From a virus (lineage: Duplodnaviria > Caudoviricetes), in the IMG/VR virus record IMGVR_UViG_3300037478_000503, positions 1-35,758 of that record: a stretch of 35,758 nucleotides of DNA; one strand, 5' to 3'. Positions 7,032 through 13,995 of this stretch are shown here, in pieces. Positions within the stretch are counted from its first letter, which is position 1. The number at the start of each line of letters is the position of its first letter. The notes under the pieces are model-generated. The model made no database searches and had not been told where the DNA came from. It saw only the letters and a list, made by a program, of their open reading frames with translations. The translations under genes were made by a program, and so were the position numbers.

Positions 7032-7315
7032 CAGCGCCTCCGATCTGCAAGTTCTGACAGGACCAGTGCCGACCCGTGCCAGAGGAACGACCGCCAGAAC
7101 GGCCATTTGATCCCCACCCGCCACAAGGCGACCGGTTCGGGTGGAACTCCACGGGTGGCCGCCTCATACCCGTAGCAGGCGCCTATCCCACCCCAGCCGC
7201 AGAGTCGCCACAGGTAGACGGCCAGCCTTCGATTACCGGAGATGTAAGCCAAGGTTCCACCGACAGCCGACCAACCGCTGATCGTGCGTGACAGACGCAG
7301 CAGTGTCGGCCGCAT
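7031..7315 (-). CDS. Hypothetical membrane-associated protein
   Basis: MRPTLLRLSRTISGW...; GAGGT SD 8 nt upstream. Confidence 0.6.
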   Translation of the reverse strand: MRPTLLRLSRTISGWSAVGGTLAYISGNRRLAVYLWRLCGWGGIGACYGYEAATRGVPPEPVALWRVGIKWPFWRSFLWHGSALVLSELADRRR

Positions 7316-7372
7316 GATGCGATACCTCACAAGTTGGGCATACCTCACAACTTCATGAGGTATGCGGGCGGT

Positions 7373-7406
7373 GGAGCAGGGGGCCGGGAGAGAAGCCCCC
7401 TGCTCC
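7373..7406. terminator. GC-rich 12-bp hairpin (possible terminator)
   Basis: GGAGCAGGGGGC / GCCCCCTGCTCC; no U-tract. Confidence 0.45.
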
Positions 7407-7472
7407 GGAGGTCCTCGACAGGCCGGGGGCGGGACCGGGCAGCCGAGGAAGAAGTGGTAATCTGATCCGGTT

Positions 7473-7718
7473 ATGGGTATGAGCGAGTGCAACTGCACCG
7501 AGATTGTCGAAGTGGATTTCAACGATTACGGGGCCTTCAAGACGGGTCAGATATCGGGCAGCGTTGACCGCGCGCTACCCGCGGGAACCCGAGTCCGTCT
7601 ACACGACGCCGACCCCACCGCACCGAACGACTGGCATGGAGTAGTTGTTGAAAGCCGAGAGAGCAATTACGCACCAGTGAAGTTCTGGGCGGACGTGGGT
7701 TCGATAGAGCGTCACTAG
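7473..7718 (+). CDS. Hypothetical protein (opposite-strand moron)
   Basis: Fills the gap between - strand genes; EVDFND motif; stop convergent with the exonuclease gene. Confidence 0.7.
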   Translation: MGMSECNCTEIVEVDFNDYGAFKTGQISGSVDRALPAGTRVRLHDADPTAPNDWHGVVVESRESNYAPVKFWADVGSIERH

Positions 7719-7724
7719 GCGCAA

Positions 7725-8522
7725 TCACAGGCCCACGCTGGCCGGCTTCTTCGACCCCACCGCCTGCCAGCCCCGATACTCCCGCTGACAGTTCACATTC
7801 CGACAGCGATACTTCGGATAGGTTGAAACCTTCGTCCGGTGGAAGCCATCCGACTTCCGATCCTGAGAACCGCAGTATGGACAGAGCTCCTGCCGCCATT
7901 CCACAGCGTCGACCAGCCGCGGCAACGTCTTCGCATACGGTGCCATCGCATGGAACACATGCTCGAGGAGGACCACATCCTGCCGGTTGTACGCCTCCAT
8001 CTCCTTCAAGGCGGACACTTCGCCGTAGTAGGCGCTGCGCCACAAGTCGAACGACGTTGACAGCTTCTTCCCAAACCCGAGCTTCTGAGCCAGATAGTTC
8101 AGATTGTTGTAAGGCAGGTCGAAGGACGTGCGCGCAATCGACAGGGTGTCGATCATCTGCACGTTGCCGAGAGGGGTGAGCCGGTCAATCAGCAATCGGG
8201 CGTTCACCCTCTTGTAGTCAAACCTGTTCCCGTTGTGGGCGACCACATAGTCCGCCGAGCGCATCAGGTCGGCGAGGCCGGTGACTATTCGAGCATCATC
8301 CTGAGCTCGAGCCTCCTTCTGAGTGAGACGTCCGGCTATGACCTTCGTATCGTCGGACCATTTCGCCGACCAGCAGAGCAGAAACCGGTCGTCCGATTCG
8401 ACCATTGGTGCAGCCACATAGTCGACCTTCGGCTCCCAGTGGAAGGAGAGCATGGGAGCTGTCTCAATATCGTAGAAGAGGAGACGTAACGGTTTCGGAT
8501 ACAGGTCGCCGAAGTCGTTCAC
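7725..8522 (-). CDS. RNase H-like (DnaQ/YprB-type) 3'-5' exonuclease with C-terminal Zn ribbon
   Basis: FYDIET (ExoI), AHNGNRFD (ExoII), IDTL, YNRQDV (ExoIII), CPYCGS. Confidence 0.88.
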   Translation of the reverse strand: MNDFGDLYPKPLRLLFYDIETAPMLSFHWEPKVDYVAAPMVESDDRFLLCWSAKWSDDTKVIAGRLTQKEARAQDDARIVTGLADLMRSADYVVAHNGNRFDYKRVNARLLIDRLTPLGNVQMIDTLSIARTSFDLPYNNLNYLAQKLGFGKKLSTSFDLWRSAYYGEVSALKEMEAYNRQDVVLLEHVFHAMAPYAKTLPRLVDAVEWRQELCPYCGSQDRKSDGFHRTKVSTYPKYRCRNVNCQREYRGWQAVGSKKPASVGL

Positions 8523-8758
8523 TGGGCGACCAGACTGCGTACATGCTGGGCGAGGATGGTTGCGTCGGCTGGTGCCTCACCCGGCCAGCGACGGTTGAAT
8601 CTGCGGTTTAACTCCCGCCACGAGAGGGTCGGCTCCCGTCCCTTCTCGCGGATGTGGGCGGCTAGCTCGTTGAGCCAGTCCTGCTGTTCGGGTGTACGGT
8701 CGGCAAGCCAACTCCGATTAGACGCTCGCCCCTGATATAGGTCGTCGAAGTCTCCCAT
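8519..8758 (-). CDS. Hypothetical protein
   Basis: MGDFDDLYQGRASNRSWLAD...; AAGGGAG SD; GTGA overlap with exonuclease. Confidence 0.75.
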   Translation of the reverse strand: MGDFDDLYQGRASNRSWLADRTPEQQDWLNELAAHIREKGREPTLSWRELNRRFNRRWPGEAPADATILAQHVRSLVAQ

Positions 8759-8802
8759 TCTGCTGCTCCCTTCACCCCGGCCGTGGGGGATAGCTTGTCT
8801 TG

Positions 8803-8871
8803 TCAACGCATGATCCTGGTCACGCCGTATAGGACGGCGACGATCAGGATCAGGATCAGAACTGTGGTCAA
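8803..8871 (-). CDS. Tiny single-TM peptide (22 aa)
   Basis: TTG start overlapping upstream stop; MTTVLILILIVAVLYGVTRIMR. Confidence 0.5.
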   Translation of the reverse strand: MTTVLILILIVAVLYGVTRIMR

Positions 8872-8999
8872 ATGATGCTGGTGAGTACCCAGGCGAGCAG
8901 TCCGGCGGGTACAAGGTTGATCTTGGATGTGCCTACTCCGAATGCGGCCAGTCCGAAACAGACAGCGGCAATGATGAGAAGTATCAGGTCGATGTTCAT
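8868..8999 (-). CDS. Small two-TM membrane protein (43 aa)
   Basis: MNIDLILLIIAAVCFGLAAFGVGTSKINLVPAGLLAWVLTSII; AAAGGA SD. Confidence 0.8.
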   Translation of the reverse strand: MNIDLILLIIAAVCFGLAAFGVGTSKINLVPAGLLAWVLTSII

Positions 9000-9013
9000 G
9001 GCTTTATCCTTTC

Positions 9014-9244
9014 CTAATCTTGGGGGTCCGGGTCGACGGGAATCGCCGTATCTGAAGTTTCAAGCGCGTTGGTCAACTGTTCGACCCGCGCCAGGACGGC
9101 GGTCATCCGCGAGTTGACGATCACATGGACCTCTTGGACTGCCCTAGTCAGCTCTTTGGAACGCTGGTTGATCCGCCAAGTGGCTACCGCCGTAATCAGC
9201 ACGACGGCAGCAGTCATCATGGGGAGCAGTTCGATGGTGGTCAT
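9014..9244 (-). CDS. Membrane-anchored lysis-cassette protein
   Basis: N-terminal TM then helical region; GGAGG SD; ATGA overlap. Confidence 0.75.
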   Translation of the reverse strand: MTTIELLPMMTAAVVLITAVATWRINQRSKELTRAVQEVHVIVNSRMTAVLARVEQLTNALETSDTAIPVDPDPQD

Positions 9245-9600
9245 TCGTCCTCCACAGACGGCGGCGGGGTGAACCCTTTCGAATGGATGAACTCTTCAAG
9301 TTCGGTAACCCGCTTGCGGACCTTGCCGAGTTGGAGTTGAAGTTGAAGGTTCCGGCCTCGCTCTTTGGATAATGCTTCTTCGAGCTGGTCGACCCGGACG
9401 GACAACGCCTGGTAGTCCTTCATGGACCGGTCGATCTGCGTGTTGACCAGTTCGACAACATTCCCGGCGGCTTCGGAGGTGATTTTGATAACCTGGGATT
9501 CGTCCATCCGGTTCGACCGGACATACGCCGTCCAAGCGCCTGCACCGGCAGCAAGCGCGGTGGCCAGTGAGATTGCAGCGGTTATCTCAGCGGGGGTCAC
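9241..9600 (-). CDS. Membrane-anchored coiled-coil lysis-cassette protein
   Basis: GTG start TPAEITAAISLATALAAGAGAW, long coiled coil, ends GFTPPP. Confidence 0.75.
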   Translation of the reverse strand: MTPAEITAAISLATALAAGAGAWTAYVRSNRMDESQVIKITSEAAGNVVELVNTQIDRSMKDYQALSVRVDQLEEALSKERGRNLQLQLQLGKVRKRVTELEEFIHSKGFTPPPSVEDE

Positions 9601-9929
9601 TGTCCACCGTCCGGGGATATGCGTATCTCCTGCGGACGGTGACGAAGTTCCAACCTGTCGATAAACGGGACTAGTAAGCCTTCCAGGGCGATACCTGACA
9701 GGAGCACCCGCAATCCGATTGCCAGCGGTGACAGGCGGGTTCCCTGTTCGAATGTGCCGTTGACGGCAGCGTATGCGTAGAGGGCCGATCCGATAGCCCA
9801 CAGGGGGAGGGCGAGAATGTAGGAGACCCGCCGAACCGGACCGACCTTCGGGAGGGTGGCCGCAATGTAGACCAGTCCGACAATCCACAGGATGGCGGTA
9901 GTAGCAATATGCGCCTGGTCAAGAGTCAC
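9597..9929 (-). CDS. Three-TM membrane protein (holin candidate)
   Basis: GGAGG SD plus GTG; three hydrophobic segments; downstream of lysin. Confidence 0.65.
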   Translation of the reverse strand: MTLDQAHIATTAILWIVGLVYIAATLPKVGPVRRVSYILALPLWAIGSALYAYAAVNGTFEQGTRLSPLAIGLRVLLSGIALEGLLVPFIDRLELRHRPQEIRISPDGGQ

Positions 9930-10095
9930 CGGCAGCCTCCTCCAAATGCATGTAAAACTGTTCGCGGGACTCCTGTGCGGCCATGTCCGCATAGGAGCGG
10001 ACGCCCAGCCAGCCGCATTCACACCAGGGGCGCATCACCCGCGGGCCACCCCCGTCAGGCCGGCCCTCATCCTCAACATGAAGGACATGGTTCAC
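9919..10095 (-). CDS. Small hypothetical protein (CxC...H)
   Basis: GTG overlapping lysin stop; PWCECGW...FYMHL. Confidence 0.6.
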   Translation of the reverse strand: MNHVLHVEDEGRPDGGGPRVMRPWCECGWLGVRSYADMAAQESREQFYMHLEEAAGDS

Positions 10096-10958
10096 AGGAC
10101 CGACTTGACCTTCGACAGTCTCGAATTGGCCAGGGCGGCCGCATCGCGGGCCACCTGGTCGACCACACCTCCACCGACAGCTCTGACCAGTCCGATGAGG
10201 AGAGCCCGGTACATGCGGGCGTTCACATAGTTGCCAGCTTTCGCCGCCGCATCGCCGGTGGCCGAACCCAAGTGGAGTGCGGCAGCATTCTTCGTCGCCG
10301 CATCCCACGTTCCATTCTCGGTCAGCCCAGCGTTAAACGCCGTGTTGAGCAAGCCTTGGACGGAACGGATATCTTCAGCGGGTGAGCTAGGGCCGATAGG
10401 CAGCATAAGATTCTCCTCAGGTGGTCTCATTAGGGCGGCAACTCGGTCCCGCTCCATGTTCATGTTCAGACTGTGCGGGTCGACCTTCCGACCTGCAGGA
10501 GTCGCATACTCCTTATGGCCACACAGCATTTGAGCGGGCGCCCCGATATGGTTGAGGATGGCTGCCGCTGCACGTCGGGCCGACTCGAGTTGGACGGCCG
10601 GCCAAGGTTCGCTACTAGTCCCCAAGTTTTTCATTTCGTCGCCGAAGAAGTACCGGTTGCCGGACACTCCATCCCACCGACCCGAGCCGCCATGATTCGC
10701 CGTACCAGCAGCGATGATCGAGATGGTCCCGTCCCGGTTCGTCGAATAGTTGGCGAGCGGTGCCGGAGTGGTACTCGAGCCGGTGACGGCCAGCATCTTG
10801 TCCACGGTCACATCTGCCGTGGTCGGTTTGGTGACCGTATGGTGGAGCATCACTCCCATCGGGTCGAGATCGTTTTTGCCTCGTGTCTCCCAACCCGGAT
10901 ACGGTCGAACAGTCAGCCCAGCATCGGTGAGAATGTCGGCAAGCCAGACGGCACGCAT
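10092..10958 (-). CDS. Endolysin, N-acetylmuramoyl-L-alanine amidase (Amidase_2)
   Basis: GWETRG, VMLHHT, ANHGGSG, CGHKEYA, RKVDP; C-terminal PG-binding-like region. Confidence 0.93.
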   Translation of the reverse strand: MRAVWLADILTDAGLTVRPYPGWETRGKNDLDPMGVMLHHTVTKPTTADVTVDKMLAVTGSSTTPAPLANYSTNRDGTISIIAAGTANHGGSGRWDGVSGNRYFFGDEMKNLGTSSEPWPAVQLESARRAAAAILNHIGAPAQMLCGHKEYATPAGRKVDPHSLNMNMERDRVAALMRPPEENLMLPIGPSSPAEDIRSVQGLLNTAFNAGLTENGTWDAATKNAAALHLGSATGDAAAKAGNYVNARMYRALLIGLVRAVGGGVVDQVARDAAALANSRLSKVKSVL

Positions 10959-11060
10959 ATACCCCCCTCAAGACGGATGGTGTAGAGTTGGAGGCGGTTG
11001 GACGGATCAGGCCATGATCCGACCTACCTCCTTAACCCCCGTCCCCTGCGTGGATGGGGG

Positions 11061-11095
11061 TTGACTATCTGTGCTACCTTTGCTACAGTGCGGGT
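11061..11095 (+). promoter_or_regulatory. Leaderless promoter with tandem TGCTAC boxes
   Basis: TTGACT(11061)-N17-TACAGT(11084)-N6-ATG(11096); TGCTAC at 11072 and 11081. Confidence 0.8.
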
Positions 11096-11233
11096 ATGGC
11101 ATGGATACGGCTACAACTCCCGGACGATCTTCACCGGAAGATCAAGGCGCAGGCCGCCCTAGCCGGAATGACACTCCGCGGCTATCTGATCAAGATGTTG
11201 CAGGAGCTCGCAGACAGGAAGGACAAGCAATGA
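11096..11233 (+). CDS. Ribbon-helix-helix (CopG/Arc/ParG-like) protein, 45 aa
   Basis: Own translation: MAWIRLQLPDDLHRKIKAQAALAGMTLRGYLIKMLQELADRKDKQ. Confidence 0.85.
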   Translation: MAWIRLQLPDDLHRKIKAQAALAGMTLRGYLIKMLQELADRKDKQ

Positions 11234-11367
11234 TCATCCTGATCGTGCTACTACTCGCATTAAACGGCTGGGCCGATGACCTGCCGTACATGCTCGAGGG
11301 GGTGGTTATCAGTGAAGTCGACAAAGAAATCCCCGACTCTGGTCAACCAAGCCCCCACCCGAAATAG
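11230..11367 (+). CDS. Small protein with hydrophobic N-terminus
   Basis: MIILIVLLLALNGWADD...; AAGGA SD; ATGA overlap with RHH gene. Confidence 0.55.
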   Translation: MIILIVLLLALNGWADDLPYMLEGVVISEVDKEIPDSGQPSPHPK

Positions 11368-11391
11368 GGCTGGGGGCTTAACCCAAAACGG

Positions 11392-11421
11392 AAATGGTCC
11401 TCTCACCGGAGAGGATCATTT
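11392..11421. terminator. Bidirectional terminator
   Basis: AAATGGTCCTCTC-ACCG-GAGAGGATCATTT between convergent genes. Confidence 0.7.
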
Positions 11422-11424
11422 TCC

Positions 11425-11914
11425 TTATGCCGCCTCGTAAGTGGCTGTGAAATGGAGGACATCGTTCTGTCCCCAAACGAACGGCACCCCCGACGTGGGA
11501 GCTATTTCATTTTGGGAGTAGCGGGGTAGGAACGTGTTCACGTTGAGCAGCCGCACCGTTCCCGAAAAGGCCGACGCTCCATCCTCAAAGTAGAAGGAGG
11601 TGCCGACAGTGTTCCTAGTGGCCACATAACCAGTTGCAGTCACCGGAGTGCTGATCTGCGGAGTACCCATCGTCGACGTCGAACCAAGCGTGAACGTGTA
11701 GTGGACGAATACGACCTTCCCGAGTCGCATGTAACGGGCCGTTTCCGTCCCATCACCCACCGTGAAATTCTGCGTCGGCGACCAGGTAGTCCACCCCGGG
11801 TTAGCACCCGGGACTAGCGAATCGAAGTTGTCCCGGATGTGGGCGTTCATCAGGGCAGCCGTAACCGTTTCTCCGGTTACGTCAAACCCATGTGCGAGGA
11901 GCTGTCCAAGCCAT
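11425..11914 (-). CDS. Minor tail/fibre protein, frame interrupted by a 7-nt insertion at 11881-11887
   Basis: MAWTAPRTW-[GTTTGAC]-VTGETVTAALMNAHIRDN...; C-terminal RYMRLGKVVFVH...FTATYEAA is typical of fibre tips. Confidence 0.75.
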
Positions 11915-12003
11915 GGGGTAACATCACCGTCCCTTCTCTCACCTGTTGATGCTGCGACGTATGCCGGTGGAACAACGTCACCCATATGCGCTACAATGCA
12001 CTC

Positions 12004-12513
12004 ATGGCGTATGTGGTAAAACTTTCAGACAATCCCGGTCGCGAAGAGCTCAAATGGGCCATGAGGTTTACGGTCCGGATGCGAGACAACTACACGTGTC
12101 AAGGCTGTGGGACTCCAGGGCGAGACGTGGCGCATATCCTCAGCAGGGCCGATCGTCCAGACCTAGAATTCGATCCGGACAACGCTCGAGTTTTATGTCG
12201 ACCCTGTCACGTAGCCGCAGACCACAAGGCGGGGCATCGCCCGTCAGGTCGCCCAATAGGACTAAAGCACAAGCCAGAGACAATCGCCAAAATGCGGGAG
12301 GCCCAGCGCGAGATTGCCAATCGCCCCGAGGTTCGGGCTGAGCGCAGCAAAAGAGCCAAAGCTCTGTGGGATCGGCAAGGCCGATATCCGGAACGGGACT
12401 GCGAGAACTGCGGCCAGCCGCTTGACAGAATTTTACTTTCCCGCAAGCAGCGTTTCTGTGGGACGGTTTGTCGGTATGCTTTTCAGACTGGCAAGCCACG
12501 CAGCGGCTGGTAG
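12004..12513 (+). CDS. HNH endonuclease with NUMOD3-like motif and C-terminal Zn finger, antisense to the tail operon
   Basis: RDNYTCQGCG...AHI...NARVLCRPCH; KHKPETIAKMREAQ; TACAAT(11992)-N6-ATG leaderless start. Confidence 0.88.
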   Translation: MAYVVKLSDNPGREELKWAMRFTVRMRDNYTCQGCGTPGRDVAHILSRADRPDLEFDPDNARVLCRPCHVAADHKAGHRPSGRPIGLKHKPETIAKMREAQREIANRPEVRAERSKRAKALWDRQGRYPERDCENCGQPLDRILLSRKQRFCGTVCRYAFQTGKPRSGW

Positions 12514-12514
12514 G

Positions 12515-12823
12515 TCAAACGCCATGCGTCATGTTCTCCGCTTCTAGGTCGGTTGTGGTTTCACCAGGATTCCAATTGCGGGTCTGCGGGACAGACCGCC
12601 GGGCGAGAATCCGGTTGATAGCCGTCCGGTCTTCAGGGAAGACCACCTGCGAGGTCTGCTCACAGTTGCCGCAATGTAAGACCCCGCTGCTGGTGATCCC
12701 GTAGGACACTCCCTGCTTCGTCGTTCTCAGCCGGCCGCCGGGCCAGAAACGTTCCGCACCCGTACACGATTCGGTGTCACATTCGGCAACCCACCGGTTC
12801 TGATTGAAGTATGCGAAGCTCAT
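12515..12823 (-). CDS. Tail-region hypothetical protein (Zn-binding)
   Basis: MSFAYFNQNRWVAEC..C...CGNC...RNWNPGET; ATGA overlap with minor tail gene. Confidence 0.8.
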   Translation of the reverse strand: MSFAYFNQNRWVAECDTESCTGAERFWPGGRLRTTKQGVSYGITSSGVLHCGNCEQTSQVVFPEDRTAINRILARRSVPQTRNWNPGETTTDLEAENMTHGV

Positions 12824-13995
12824 GCCAACACCGTGTCTGTGTCCAGATCGTCGGACGTGCCGAGAATCCAATAGTCCGCCACTTCGAACGCTGATAGGGG
12901 ATGGCAGGTGTAGGAGACCATCCACACTCCCGGAGTAATATCGTGTTGGATGCCTTCCACTCCGACAACCTGCGTGAGAGTGTCACCTGCGCCGGGCGGA
13001 TCCACTGTCACGGTTATCAGATCTTGCAGTTCCCGGTCGAGGACTTCCGGCCAGAGGGTGGACGGGTCAACCTGAGGGGAGATGGACAGTCCGGTAACCC
13101 GGACCGTAACATCCTTGTTCTTTCCGACAATCCAATCTGCAACATTGGTCGCATACGCCCCTGAAATGACAGTGTCGATGGTCGCCTCGTAGAAGGATTC
13201 GCCATGGTCGGAAATCGACGTGACGTCCGACGCTTCGCCCATCTGGTCGTTAGCCGCCGTGATGAGAGCATGGTTGATGAGGAAATCGTTGTCGTAGGCG
13301 AGCTGAACATCCCTGTAATCCAGGTTCGTTCCAGGGTTGAACGTGGCCTGGCTTGAAGCAGTGGAGAAGGCGACCCGGTTGAGGAAGGTGGCATCCCCAT
13401 TTTTGGCGATGAAAAATTCGCCCTGTTCAGCGTCGACCGCTGCGAGGATCGCTGTGAGGGCGTCACCCTCATAGTCGACTGCGGCGACCGGGGTGGATTG
13501 GGCGTCCAAGTCTCGAGCGGCGGCCGGCCAGTCTGCATCGTCGAGGACATTGTCGATCCGGTCGTCGGACCCTTCCTGCGAGTAGGAGGCGGACAGGCGG
13601 GTCGTGTTCAACACGGCCAGGTTCTCCCCACAGTCGACTACTGCAACCCCGTCCTTCCCCGAATGCGGGTAGGTGAGCGGCCAGCGGGTCACACTCCCGT
13701 AGAACAGCGGGTAGGTTGTAACCCCGTAGGTGGCGCGGATGCGGACCGGAGTGCCCACCTCCATGTTCCCCGCATACGTCGACTGGCTGTTGTTCGGGTC
13801 GAACTCGCCGTCCGTATTGTCCAGGATGATCGTGCAGGAGCCCGCATCAAACGACGATCGGACCGAGCTGCGGCCGCGGGTGATGGTCAGACCACGGACC
13901 GCGGTAACCACGTCTGTGAAAGTGGGGGTGGCGGCGAGTGGGCCGGACCCGAAGCCGAATTCGACGATGAGGGTCACGTCGGCTGACCAGGTCAT
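12820..13995 (-). CDS. Minor tail protein
   Basis: Directly follows tape measure; ITRGR...AGSCTIILDNTDGEFDP...PLFYG pattern. Confidence 0.85.
   Translation of the reverse strand: MTWSADVTLIVEFGFGSGPLAATPTFTDVVTAVRGLTITRGRSSVRSSFDAGSCTIILDNTDGEFDPNNSQSTYAGNMEVGTPVRIRATYGVTTYPLFYGSVTRWPLTYPHSGKDGVAVVDCGENLAVLNTTRLSASYSQEGSDDRIDNVLDDADWPAAARDLDAQSTPVAAVDYEGDALTAILAAVDAEQGEFFIAKNGDATFLNRVAFSTASSQATFNPGTNLDYRDVQLAYDNDFLINHALITAANDQMGEASDVTSISDHGESFYEATIDTVISGAYATNVADWIVGKNKDVTVRVTGLSISPQVDPSTLWPEVLDRELQDLITVTVDPPGAGDTLTQVVGVEGIQHDITPGVWMVSYTCHPLSAFEVADYWILGTSDDLDTDTVLA

Noticed and set aside
7395-7472. Further copy of the two-hairpin element before the + strand moron at 7473
   Set aside because: Has GCCCCC...CCGGGGGC but lacks the GCCGAC linker, the bulge geometry and the SD hairpin
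11881-12520. Group I intron carrying the HNH
   Set aside because: HNH is antisense, only ~115 nt of non-HNH sequence is available for a catalytic core, and no junction gives both exon-terminal U and intron-terminal G
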